Shown: positions 53,122 through 62,745 of the stretch, piece after piece | Numbering within the stretch: position 1 is the first letter of the stretch | Layout of the letters: each line of letters starts with the position of its first letter | Assembly (NCBI GenBank): GCA_963789265.1 | Contig: CAWBKB010000003.1 | Location: forward strand, 1,088,001-1,152,000 | Reading direction: 5' to 3' | Length of the DNA stretch: 64,000 nt | DNA from: an uncultured delta proteobacterium | GTDB lineage: Bacteria; Desulfobacterota; Desulfomonilia; Desulfomonilales; Desulfomonilaceae | Position numbers and translations under genes: made by a program | The notes under the pieces: model-generated | What the model was told of the DNA's origin: nothing | The model's database searches: none | The model's input: the letters and a program-made list of their open reading frames with translations, nothing else

Positions 53122-54201
53122 TCAGGCCGCCCCATATTTAAAATAGGCTGCACAGGTCCCTTCCGAGGAAACCATACATGGTCCCACAGGATCGTCGGGC
53201 GTACATTCCCTACCGAAAAGGCCGCATCTATCGGGAGTTTTGCTGCCGGTAAGTATCGCCGCGCACAGGCAACGAGGATCGTCCGCCGCCTCGGGGACTT
53301 CGACGGGCAAGTGCAGCGCCGCGTCAAAGCGGGAATATCCGTCACCGAGCGCTAAACCGCTCCCGGGGATAAGCCCCAGGCCGCGCCAGGAAGCGTCGGA
53401 AGGTTCGAAGACTTCTTCTGTAATCAAGCGGGCAGTGGGATTTCCGTCGTTTCGCACCACTCTTTTGTAATCGTTAATAATCTTAGGAGAATGCTCCACC
53501 GTCATGCAGACCAGGTCTTTGAGAGCCAATAAAATATCCAAAGGTTCGAAACCGGCCACCGCGCCGGGCTTGCCAAAGTCACGCACGAGATAATCATACG
53601 AATCCGAACCGATGATTGCGGAGACATGACCCGGCAATAAAAACCCATTTAGATCGTCTTTTGCAGCCAGAATCTTGAGTGGGGGGTGTATGGTCTTAAA
53701 TGCAGGTAGTACGAAGAAGTTTTCGATTCCCCGGACCTTCGCTGTTTTGAGAGTTGCAGCCACTGTCGGAATGGTGGTCTCAAACCCTACTCCGAGAAAG
53801 ACCGTGGGACGCCCCGGCTGTTGTAAAGCAATTTCGATTGAATCCAAGGGCGAGTAGATCACTCGGACCGACCCGCCTTCGGATCGAAACGTCGACAGGG
53901 ATCCCAAAGACCCGGGAACTCTAATCAGATCCCCGAAAGTCACCAGGCAAGCATCATATCTTTGTCCTATCAAAATCGCATGATCTATGAAGCGCTTCTC
54001 CGTGACGCATACAGGGCATCCCGGACCTGATACCAGTCTGAGATTGTCAGGGAAAAAACTCTTTAGACCCGCAGCGTGAATTGCCATTGTATGGGTTCCG
54101 CAGACTTCCATGTATTGTAATGGACCGGGGTGCTTAGCGGCGGCCACGCGAATCTCGCGTGCCAACGCTCGCGCGGCGCGGCCCTGTTCGTCCGGTCTCA
54201 C
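53122..54201 (-). CDS. hypD: Hydrogenase maturation protein HypD
   Basis: MEVCGTH, GPGCPVC, GFETT, PGHVS, CMVSSEGTC. Confidence 0.97.
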   Translation of the reverse strand: MRPDEQGRAARALAREIRVAAAKHPGPLQYMEVCGTHTMAIHAAGLKSFFPDNLRLVSGPGCPVCVTEKRFIDHAILIGQRYDACLVTFGDLIRVPGSLGSLSTFRSEGGSVRVIYSPLDSIEIALQQPGRPTVFLGVGFETTIPTVAATLKTAKVRGIENFFVLPAFKTIHPPLKILAAKDDLNGFLLPGHVSAIIGSDSYDYLVRDFGKPGAVAGFEPLDILLALKDLVCMTVEHSPKIINDYKRVVRNDGNPTARLITEEVFEPSDASWRGLGLIPGSGLALGDGYSRFDAALHLPVEVPEAADDPRCLCAAILTGSKTPDRCGLFGRECTPDDPVGPCMVSSEGTCAAYFKYGAA

Positions 54202-54437
54202 AGCTCCTCCTCACAGGCGGTGGCATCCGCGAGTTCTTTGAACAGATCGAGTCGAATTCTGGCTTCTTCCGCGTCCAGCACCTCTATTCCGAAACCTGCG
54301 TGCACAATGAGATAGTCACCCAGCCTGGCTTGAGGAATCATCATGAGGCTGACACCGGTCCGGACGCCGCCCGCGTTCACCCTCCCTGTTCCTTCTCCGG
54401 TTATTTCAACGAGTTGCATAGGAACAGCCAAACACAT
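54198..54437 (-). CDS. hypC: Hydrogenase chaperone HypC
   Basis: MCLAVP, GDYLIVHAGF. Confidence 0.96.
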   Translation of the reverse strand: MCLAVPMQLVEITGEGTGRVNAGGVRTGVSLMMIPQARLGDYLIVHAGFGIEVLDAEEARIRLDLFKELADATACEEEL

Positions 54438-54499
54438 CTTTTTAACCTCTTTCACCGCGAGCTTACTTCCGACGGCCGAAGAACTGGAGACACGCTTCT

Positions 54500-56908
54500 C
54501 TATGCAGGGAAGCTTCCATCGGTCTTGCGACGCCTACGAAATCGGGCCCGGGCACATAACGCTTGGCCCAGCGCGATTCCACCGTCGTTGGGCGGGACGG
54601 CAGCGTGGAGCAGCACGTCAAGTCCGCGGCCCTTCAACAGTTCCACTGTCCGCTCTGTAAAAAGCTTGTTTTGGAAACAACCTCCGCTAAGACCTACGGT
54701 ACTTATGCAGTTTTTTTCAACCAGAATTCCAATCCCGTTTGCCACCAGCCGAGCCATACTGTTATGAAACCGAGCTGCGACCACTGGGGGGCGGGTTCCA
54801 CTGAGGATATCCCTGGCTACCTCCAGAATCAAGCCCCTAGAATCAGCCACGAGAATTTCGTCGTTGGAAAAACATATCGGGTATTCCCCAATTTCCTCTT
54901 TGTCTGCGATTCCTTCCAGCCACATCGCTGCCTGACCTTCGAATGTGACTGGCTTCCTGAATCCCGCAGCCGCTGCCGCAGCATCGAAGAGTCGGCCCGC
55001 GGAAGACGTGCGCGGCGAGTTCAGCCCTTTATTCACCGCCTCGATCCATATACGAACGCGATCGCCATATTCCCCCATCAGTGGGGAAAATTTCGACGGA
55101 ATCTCATCCTTTTCTGCAAGGAGTGCGGCAAGTATGCGTACAGGCGCCCGAATTGCCGCCTCTCCGCCTGGAAGGTGAAACAGAGACAGGTGGCCGGACC
55201 GACTGAACGTCTCCAAATCCGCGACGAGGAATTCACCGCCCCAGATGCCCGCGTCGCTTCCGTATCCGGTACCGTCAAAAACCGCACAAATAATCGGGCC
55301 GGCAAGCCTGTGTTCAAGCAAAAGGCTCACCGCATGGGCATGATGATGGAATACCTCTTCAACCGGTACTCCCATTTCGCGGCCGAGGCTGTTGCTAAAG
55401 TATTCAGGGTGCGGATCAACGGCTACGATGTCAGGACTTGCTTCCAAGTAGTCGGTCAAGACTTTTGCGGATTGCTTGAAATACCCCTGAGCCACCGGCG
55501 AAGCCAGGTCCCCCACGTGAGGTCCGGGGACAGCCCGCCCCTTTTTGATGATTGCGAGCGAATTCTTCAAATCGCCGCCGGCTCCAAGTATTACAGGTTC
55601 CGCCGGCGAATCCAACAAACGGTCGGAAGTTTCACCGCCGTTTCTTTCCTCAGACGACGTTTCCAAAGCTTCCGGAGTAAGGATGAACTCACCGGGCACA
55701 AGGCCCCGCGATCTCCGGAATGCGGTTGCCCGACCGGCAATGAACCGGAAAATAGAGTCGTCCGCCCTTAAGACTATATCACGGTCATGCAGCAGAAACG
55801 CGTCGGCGAGATCCTTAAGTCGCTCCAGCGCCTCTTCGTTACCGCACGCTATCGGCTCTTCCGAGCGATTGCCGGAGGTCATTACCAGAACCTTGGGACG
55901 CGTATCAGTCGGTATGCCCGGATGTTTGAATAGGAGGTGATGGACGGGAGAATACGGGAGCACTATTCCGAGAGTACCGACAAAAGGAGCAACATTTGCG
56001 GCTGTCCGGAACAGGCCGGTCTGAAGCAGAACAATGGGCGAAATCGAAGACGTGAGAAGATTCTCTTCATCTTTTCCAAGGAAACAATAGCTCCTCACGG
56101 TTTCCAGGTCCGGCATCATAACGGCAAAGGGCTTTTCAATGCGGCCTTTCCGTTGCCGCAATAGGTTCACCGCATCTTCATTCAGCGCATCACAGGCCAG
56201 ATGAAATCCCCCAATTCCCTTGATTGCGACTGTCTTTCCTTCTTTGAGCAAAGCGGCAGTTTCCACGATGGGGTCCCTGTCAATCGCTATGCCGTCTCGA
56301 TCAGTGAGGGTCAGCCGAGGGCCGCATTCCTGACATGAATTGGTTTGGGAATGAAAGCGCCGATCTTCCGGGGAATGGTACTCCAGTTCGCATCGCGGGC
56401 ACATTGTAAAATCGGCCATGCTGGTGCGTTCGCGGTCATAAGGAAAAGCACGAACTACAGTGAAGCGCGGGCCGCAGAGTGTACATGTGATAAAAGGATA
56501 GAGATAACGTGGATTTTTAGGGTCGAACAACTCTTCCGCGCACTCGGGGCAAATCGCTACATCGGGCGGAATCGGTGTGATGGAACGCTCTCCCCCAAGG
56601 CTCGCCCTAATGCAGAAATGCTCTTCCCCGAGCGCGGGAGTGTCCTCCACTCGGGTTGTGTCGATCCGGCCCGGAAGGGGGATTTCCGAGGGAAGTTCTC
56701 GCACAAATCGGTCGCACTGTTCGGGAGATCCCTCGACTTCGATCCGAACCCCGGCAGAGGTATTGACCACCCATCCGACTAAATCCAGTCGTGTGGCGAG
56801 TCGGTAAACGGTGGGTCGGCAGCCGATACCTTGAAGTATCCCCGTTAGAGCAATGTGTTTGCGGACTTTGCCATCGGCAGCGCTTTTCTCAGAGTTGCAA
56901 ATACTCAT
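54500..56908 (-). CDS. hypF: Carbamoyltransferase HypF (start uncertain)
   Basis: Acylphosphatase domain, CxxC Zn fingers, KGIGGFHLAC, HHHAH, DGTGYG, NDGGIALGQ. Confidence 0.96.
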   Translation of the reverse strand: MSICNSEKSAADGKVRKHIALTGILQGIGCRPTVYRLATRLDLVGWVVNTSAGVRIEVEGSPEQCDRFVRELPSEIPLPGRIDTTRVEDTPALGEEHFCIRASLGGERSITPIPPDVAICPECAEELFDPKNPRYLYPFITCTLCGPRFTVVRAFPYDRERTSMADFTMCPRCELEYHSPEDRRFHSQTNSCQECGPRLTLTDRDGIAIDRDPIVETAALLKEGKTVAIKGIGGFHLACDALNEDAVNLLRQRKGRIEKPFAVMMPDLETVRSYCFLGKDEENLLTSSISPIVLLQTGLFRTAANVAPFVGTLGIVLPYSPVHHLLFKHPGIPTDTRPKVLVMTSGNRSEEPIACGNEEALERLKDLADAFLLHDRDIVLRADDSIFRFIAGRATAFRRSRGLVPGEFILTPEALETSSEERNGGETSDRLLDSPAEPVILGAGGDLKNSLAIIKKGRAVPGPHVGDLASPVAQGYFKQSAKVLTDYLEASPDIVAVDPHPEYFSNSLGREMGVPVEEVFHHHAHAVSLLLEHRLAGPIICAVFDGTGYGSDAGIWGGEFLVADLETFSRSGHLSLFHLPGGEAAIRAPVRILAALLAEKDEIPSKFSPLMGEYGDRVRIWIEAVNKGLNSPRTSSAGRLFDAAAAAAGFRKPVTFEGQAAMWLEGIADKEEIGEYPICFSNDEILVADSRGLILEVARDILSGTRPPVVAARFHNSMARLVANGIGILVEKNCISTVGLSGGCFQNKLFTERTVELLKGRGLDVLLHAAVPPNDGGIALGQALCARARFRRRRKTDGSFPA

Positions 56909-57023
56909 GGTCTGTATTGATTTCTCGCGGCTAGCGACCATCGTAGTCAATAGCTTAGCGATTTTGGCTTACGAATGGAAGGGAGAATAATTGCTATCCT
57001 GGGACTTCTTTGAATGCAAACTG

Positions 57024-57401
57024 CTACAGCATCGTGTCCTTAAGTTGGCCACTGTCATATAAAGCCTTCAAATCAAAAGCTGGAGTCGAAGCCGAGATGT
57101 AGATCAGCTTCTCACTGCCCGTGTTTTCGATGGTATGAACTGTATTGCCGGGTATGTGCACAAGATCTCCGGGCTGAACCTCGGCAGTTTCGGTCCCGAC
57201 TCTCATAAGGCCGTTGCCGCGAATAATGATGTACACTTGTTCGGGTGCGTGCGAATGAGGCTGCTGGGAAGAGCCCGGGTCGACTTCAACCCAGGTGACA
57301 GCCAATTTGTTTGTCGGCGTATCTCCCGCCTGCAACAGAATGTGTGACGCCAAGCCGGGACGGTCACGGTTCGGTGCTGTTGCAATGGTTGCCTTGTGCA
57401 T
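57024..57401 (-). CDS. Cupin domain protein
   Basis: PHSHAPEQVY, GDLVHIPGNTVH. Confidence 0.88.
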   Translation of the reverse strand: MHKATIATAPNRDRPGLASHILLQAGDTPTNKLAVTWVEVDPGSSQQPHSHAPEQVYIIIRGNGLMRVGTETAEVQPGDLVHIPGNTVHTIENTGSEKLIYISASTPAFDLKALYDSGQLKDTML

Positions 57402-57551
57402 GTTCTTCCTGCCTAACATATAATTTTGCGTGGGTGCATTCTCGACAGAGCTGTCCGAAGACTGGTTTCATGAACGGGCAGGCGTAGCCCTACCCAGGCA
57501 CGGTTCTCAATCAACCATCACTCGAAGCATGATTGATCGGTGGTTATCTCC

Positions 57552-57770
57552 TCATGCAATCTGATAGATGACCGGACGGTAGCGAGGTTCGGGGACAGGC
57601 TTCCCATGCTCGCGTGCTGCCTCCAGCCATGCCTCTTTCGCCTTGAGCACTTCCCGCAAGGCCTCTTCCGGAGTTCCTCCGAAAGCAGCACAATGGCTCA
57701 AGTCCGGTATGTCTGCAATGTAACCTTCATCATCTTCGCTGTAGAACAGGTTAATGTGATAGTCCTTCAT
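57552..57770 (-). CDS. HicB-family antitoxin
   Basis: YIADIPDL..C.AFGGTPEEAL...WLE...G.PVPEP. Confidence 0.85.
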   Translation of the reverse strand: MKDYHINLFYSEDDEGYIADIPDLSHCAAFGGTPEEALREVLKAKEAWLEAAREHGKPVPEPRYRPVIYQIA

Positions 57771-57888
57771 GCCTTATTTTCCAATTGAGACACTTTCAAT
57801 GCAGTGCCTTGGGGCGCAGGGAAGAAAGCCAGGAGAGTACAACCGGAGGTTCTGAGTCGGCCGAAGCACTCAGGCCTGCGGCCATTGT

Positions 57889-58203
57889 TCAGCCAACAGA
57901 GGCCGGTGCGTACTGCCTAATTGTCTTGAGAGCTTCCCGCTCTGACTGTTGCGCGCGATAAAGATCCCACCGTAACTGGATATTCATCCAGAAGTCGGCA
58001 GACGTACCAAAGAATTTCGCCAGGCGCAGGGCCGTCGCAGGCGTAATTCCGCGACGTCCATTGATAATTTCATTGATCCGTTGATACGGGACATGAATGG
58101 CGTCGGCGAGTTCACTCTGCTTAAGCCCTATAGGCTCGAGGAACTCTTCGAGGAGCATCTCACCCGGATGAGTGGGCGAACGGTCTGTTGGGACGCGAAT
58201 CAT
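57889..58203 (-). CDS. higA: HigA-family antitoxin (HTH)
   Basis: PTHPGEMLLEEFL, RINEIINGRRGIT, ALRLAKFFGTSADFWMNIQ. Confidence 0.92.
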   Translation of the reverse strand: MIRVPTDRSPTHPGEMLLEEFLEPIGLKQSELADAIHVPYQRINEIINGRRGITPATALRLAKFFGTSADFWMNIQLRWDLYRAQQSEREALKTIRQYAPASVG

Positions 58204-58387
58204 TTTGTTGTCCTTCGATCAAACCAGTAATAATCCGCAATCTGTATTTTTTCAAATGGTAACTAGCAGAATCGGCATCTTCCACTTGAGACGCGATTTG
58301 ATATGCGATTCGGCTCGCTGATACACTGCGGCTCTACTGACAATCCGGCCCAATCAATTATCAATTAGTCCTGAATAGAGCCCAGAA

Positions 58388-58717
58388 TCATGTTTGAGGC
58401 TCCCGATGGCCCAGATAAATAAGCTTCTTTTCGATGGCATCTTCCAGCTTCTTTTCCCATTCCGTCCATTGCCTTCTCAGGGCTTCCAACTGCCCGTAGA
58501 GTTCGGTCCACTCCGACGTTTGTGCCACCTGGTTATGAATCCCCCTGAGTTTATCCGCGATAGGACGAACCTCTTCCTTAATTCCCCTCATGCGCGCCAG
58601 AATAGACTCTTCCTCGCATGTGAGCACCTCGTTCGGCGAACAGCCGGTGCATGCCCCACCTTTCGGGTCCGGGAACGGATCGCAACCACAGCCGGAAATG
58701 CTTGTTTGGTCGGCCAT
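58388..58717 (-). CDS. Hypothetical protein: Cys-rich N-terminus plus coiled coil
   Basis: GGAGGTGA RBS; CGC..CTGC..C followed by heptad repeats. Confidence 0.7.
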   Translation of the reverse strand: MADQTSISGCGCDPFPDPKGGACTGCSPNEVLTCEEESILARMRGIKEEVRPIADKLRGIHNQVAQTSEWTELYGQLEALRRQWTEWEKKLEDAIEKKLIYLGHREPQT

Positions 58718-58846
58718 AGCAATCACCTCCTTGGAATCTTTGGTAATCACTTAATCATCTTCTACGTTGGAGTCAAAGGCGGAGCGTAGACACGCGCCTT
58801 AACCCCGCAGTTGTCCGACATGATCCACAAAGAGGCCTAATCTCGA

Positions 58847-59113
58847 TCAGTACCGACCTAACATATGGTCAAGCAGCGTGTTGGCAATCTCGTGAAAAAT
58901 AACCCGGTAGCCACCGGGCCAGGTGTGACGGATAGGCGGAGGAGGAACATAACCGTAGAACATCTCTTGCTGGGTCCTGGAGTGGGGAACGCCATGTGCC
59001 GGGCTCGCTGTCGCAGGCGCGGCAGGAAAATTGCCCCCGCGTGAGGCGGCCAGGGCCATACCAGAAAAACAGAAAATCAGGAGAAATATTAACAAGAACC
59101 TGCGCATTTCCAC
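58847..59113 (-). CDS. Small exported hypothetical protein
   Basis: Signal peptide MRRFLLIFLLIFCFSGMALA. Confidence 0.6.
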   Translation of the reverse strand: MEMRRFLLIFLLIFCFSGMALAASRGGNFPAAPATASPAHGVPHSRTQQEMFYGYVPPPPIRHTWPGGYRVIFHEIANTLLDHMLGRY

Positions 59114-59252
59114 CTCTACGGGGGCATTTTAGCTCCGCTCGAAGAAAAAAGCAATTTCAAAACAAAACCAACTTGCTTCATTTTTGTCTTGATATAGAGA
59201 TTAGCTTCATTACAACGGCTTATTCTTCTCTATTGTAAAGGTAGAGGCGGAG

Positions 59253-60387
59253 GTGAACATGACAAAGTTGGTTGCCATACTAGGCTTGGCTCTCATCTTC
59301 GTCGTTTTGTGGGACGCCTTCGAGACTATCGTTCTTCCGCGAAGAGTTACACGCCGGATTCGACTCACGCGCTTCTACTATCGTTACACCTGGTTGCTTT
59401 ATTCTGCGCTGGCTTCTTCATTAAGGTCAGGAGAGCGCCAGGAAGCATATTTAAGCTATTACGGTCCTCTTTCGCTTCTGGGGCTCGTAGGGCTTTGGGC
59501 GGTAGTTCTACTGATCGGTTTTTCGTTTCTGTATTCGGCAGCCAGCCACGGGCTAAATGCTCCAGGGGGCGCGCCGAGCTTTCTAACAAGCTTGTATCTC
59601 AGCGGCACCACGTTCTTTACGCTCGGCTTGGGCGATATTACTCCTCGGACTCCTATCGCCAGAGCCTTGGTTGTTCTTGAAGCCGGAATAGGGCTTGCCT
59701 TTCTCGCGCTGATAATCGGGTACATCCCCTCTCTCAGCCAATCGTTTTCCCGCCGAGAAGTGAGTATCTCGCTTCTTGATTCGCGCGCAGGCTCGCCCCC
59801 CACGGCAGCCGAAATGCTGCTACGACACAGAGACGCCTACGGAATGGAGGCTCTGCAACAGCTTCTTCGCGATTGGGAACTCTGGTCCGCGGAATTCCTT
59901 GAGATTCACTTATCCTATACAGTACTCGCTTATTTTCGTTTCTCAGCACGAGAACCAATCGTGGCTTGCTTCGCTCGCAACAATTCTTGATACAAGCGCA
60001 TTGGTGATGGTTGGGGTGGAAGGAGGATGCCGACTTCAAGCCGAGCGGACTTTTGCCATGGCACGCCACGCTGTGGTGGATCTAGCAATCGTGTTCTATA
60101 GTCCTCCGCGTGAGCCCGAACGTGATCGGCTCTCAGCGGCGACCCTTTTACATTTACGCTCTGTCTTGGCTGCTGCAGGTGTAAGGCTCCGTGAAGGACC
60201 GGAAGCCGATCAAAAGCTGGGAGAGCTTCGTAAAATGTACGAGCCTTACATTTATTCCCTATCCAAGTATCTGCGCGTAGCCCTCCCCCCTTGGATATTC
60301 GAATCCAGCCACGCTGACAATTGGCAGACTAGCGCCTGGCGACAGCCATCCGGGCGGGTAGGTTCATCTGAGGCGAAGCATTTCTAA
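59253..60387 (+). CDS. Two-TM potassium-channel-family protein (apparent +1 frameshift at ~59940)
   Basis: LYLSGTTFFTLGLGDITP, FSRRE, RAGSPP; correction restores YFRSQHENQSW. Confidence 0.82.
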
Positions 60388-60409
60388 TGTCTGCGCCTTG
60401 TCAAGAGGC

Positions 60410-61072
60410 TCAGCGAATGACCTTGAAGGTACGGTTCCATCGAACGAAATGGAAACCTGCTCCGGAATAGTAGATTAGGAACGCCTCCCCTTTGACATCC
60501 TTCACGGGAACGAATCCCCAAAAGCGGCTGTCCTGACTGAAGTCTCTGTTGTCGCCCATAACGAAAAGATGATCTGGGGGAACAATCAAGGGCTTCATAT
60601 TATCGCGCGGATTCATATCTCCGGGCATAACCACATTGCTGTAGTAGTGAGCGTGTGGATTGTTGACTTCCTTGCCGTTCAGAATAACTTTCTTGTTTCG
60701 AATCTCTATTGTGTCACCCGGGATCCCCACCACACGCTTGATAAAGTCTTTGGTCCGATCTCCCGGGAACACAAACACAATCACATCGCCACGTCGAGGC
60801 TTAACGAACTCAGGCCAGCGCTTATTTGTGAAGGGAATGCGAATACCGTAGACAAATTTGTTCACGAGAATATGGTCGCCGACGAGCAGAGTGGGTATCA
60901 TCGAGCCCGAAGGGATTTTGAACGCCTGAACAAACAAGGCTCTAATAATGATCGCCAGAATCACCGCCACAACAAGCGCTTCTGAATATTCTTGAAATAT
61001 GTTGCGGTTTGATTTCTTGTGTATTCCGGCCTGCTTGTCTGCCGTCACGTTCTTCTCTTTTTGCTTGACCAT
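60410..61072 (-). CDS. lepB: Signal peptidase I
   Basis: IPSGSMIPTL, FIKRVVG.PGD, GDNRDFSQDSR. Confidence 0.95.
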   Translation of the reverse strand: MVKQKEKNVTADKQAGIHKKSNRNIFQEYSEALVVAVILAIIIRALFVQAFKIPSGSMIPTLLVGDHILVNKFVYGIRIPFTNKRWPEFVKPRRGDVIVFVFPGDRTKDFIKRVVGIPGDTIEIRNKKVILNGKEVNNPHAHYYSNVVMPGDMNPRDNMKPLIVPPDHLFVMGDNRDFSQDSRFWGFVPVKDVKGEAFLIYYSGAGFHFVRWNRTFKVIR

Positions 61073-61245
61073 TGTACCGCCAAAAAAATATTTCACTGCA
61101 AAGCTGCCCGCTGTTTCGTTGAGGGCTGTGCAACAACGCTCTGAAAGCCAATTCTAAACGCGCAGTCACAACGCGTGGACTAACGGCGCGAGGAAACTTT
61201 ATAAAACATCACTGATTGCATGTAAAGGGGCTTCTAACTCTTGAG

Positions 61246-61287
61246 GTAATCCGTCACTTGTGGGCAGCAAAAGATTGTCGTAGCGAG
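61246..61287. mobile_element. Truncated end of the MITE seen at 6226 and 51910
   Basis: GTAATCCGTCACTTGTGGGCAGCAAAAGATTGTC resembles GTAATCCCTCAATTGTGAGCAGCAAAAGATTGTC at 6226. Confidence 0.6.
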
Positions 61288-61738
61288 TCCCACTTTCCGG
61301 GGGAAAGAAATTTTCGGCAGGATAGGGGTTGCGCCAATCAATTTTGTACGACCGGCAAAATACCGGCCCCAGTCAAGAAAAAATGAAACCGGTGGGGAGG
61401 ATGCCCGGCACCCTCACCCGCCGGTTCGCCGGTTTGAAGGCCCCTCCCTCCCCCGAGGTTGAGGCCGGGCCCTTCCCTACCACTAGAGGATCGGTGAGTC
61501 AAGTCAGTTCTGGAAAAATTAGCCATGAACCGCGACGTAGTTTTGCAAAAGGAGGTGATTCACCGGCCGGACCGGTTCCTTGCAGCTCCGGGGTTAGAGC
61601 ATTCGATATTTTTCATGAATCAGAAAATGACTTAAGACTTATCTTCGACCGTGCCCGGATAGGTGCCTCATCGTAAATGAGTCAAACTCTATCTGGCTCC
61701 ATAGCAATGAGGCCGCTCGCTTCACCGTATTCATACTT

Positions 61739-62626
61739 TCAACTGCTACGGAGATGGGCAAGAAAAGCAACGCCAAGAGGGGATATCTGACGGTTTTTAC
61801 GCTGAATCAAATACAACGGTCTCAAGAAAGAAATCGCTTCAATCTCTACGGCCACCAGGGAGCCCTGCTGAAAGTCTTCGGCTACTGCTTCACGAGAAAT
61901 AATTGACGCCCCAATACGGGCCTTGATTCCTTGTCGGACCGCTTCGGTGCTACCCATCTCGGCGGAAACCACGAGACGGGAAATGTCCATTCCATGCTCC
62001 TCGAGAATGCGGCTCATAACCATGCGGGTGCCCGATCCTCTCTCTCTAAGTATAAATGGTTGTTTGGACAATTCGGCCACGCGGATCTTGCGCTTCTCTG
62101 CCCAGGGATGGTTTGGGACAACAGCCAAGACCAGTTCATCCAAGCAAACTTCTTCGGTGATAAGCCTGCGGTCATTTGACTTAGAGCCTACCATGCCCGT
62201 CTCCAGGTTGCCTTCGAGGACCTCTTCCACGATCTGAGCAGTATCCGCGATCCGCAGCAATATTTGGATTGCCGGGTGCGCGGACTTGAACGAGCCTATG
62301 ACTCTGGGAAGTATATACGTACCGGGTATGGTGCTCGCCCCAAGAACCAATTTCCCAGAGAGATTCCCCTTGAACTGACTTAGGGCTTGGACTGCTTCCT
62401 CTCGCATTTGGAGGATATTTCGCGCATACTGGTAGAAGACCTTCCCCGCCGGTGTCGGAAGGACTTCCCGGCCGAGGCGGTCCACCAGCTTTTCACCGAG
62501 CATTTCCTCTAGAGTGCGAAGATGTTCGCTCACCGTAGGTTGAGCCAGAAGTAGTGCCTCACCTGCCTTGGTGAAGCTTTTAAATTCGACTACCTTGCAG
62601 AAAACTTCCAGGCGACGCATGTCCAT
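61739..62626 (-). CDS. LysR-family regulator (CysL-like)
   Basis: LEVFCKVVEFKSFTKAG..L.LAQPTVS, GASTIPGTYILP, RERGSGTR. Confidence 0.92.
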   Translation of the reverse strand: MDMRRLEVFCKVVEFKSFTKAGEALLLAQPTVSEHLRTLEEMLGEKLVDRLGREVLPTPAGKVFYQYARNILQMREEAVQALSQFKGNLSGKLVLGASTIPGTYILPRVIGSFKSAHPAIQILLRIADTAQIVEEVLEGNLETGMVGSKSNDRRLITEEVCLDELVLAVVPNHPWAEKRKIRVAELSKQPFILRERGSGTRMVMSRILEEHGMDISRLVVSAEMGSTEAVRQGIKARIGASIISREAVAEDFQQGSLVAVEIEAISFLRPLYLIQRKNRQISPLGVAFLAHLRSS

Positions 62627-62745
62627 GGTTGCCCATCCAGATCTTGCTGAGTTCAGTAATATCTTGGTATTTGATAAAGTCAAGTGAGTGAAATTGCGGA
62701 ATCGAACCTTTACTCTAACAGAAATACACGTCCAAGGAGTTCCGG

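Noticed and set aside
54563..55771. Long antisense ORFs (402 aa here; also 2027-2875 and 36576-37256)
   Set aside because: They are shadows of hypF, pnp and the dsrM-like gene on the opposite strand, with no motifs of their own.
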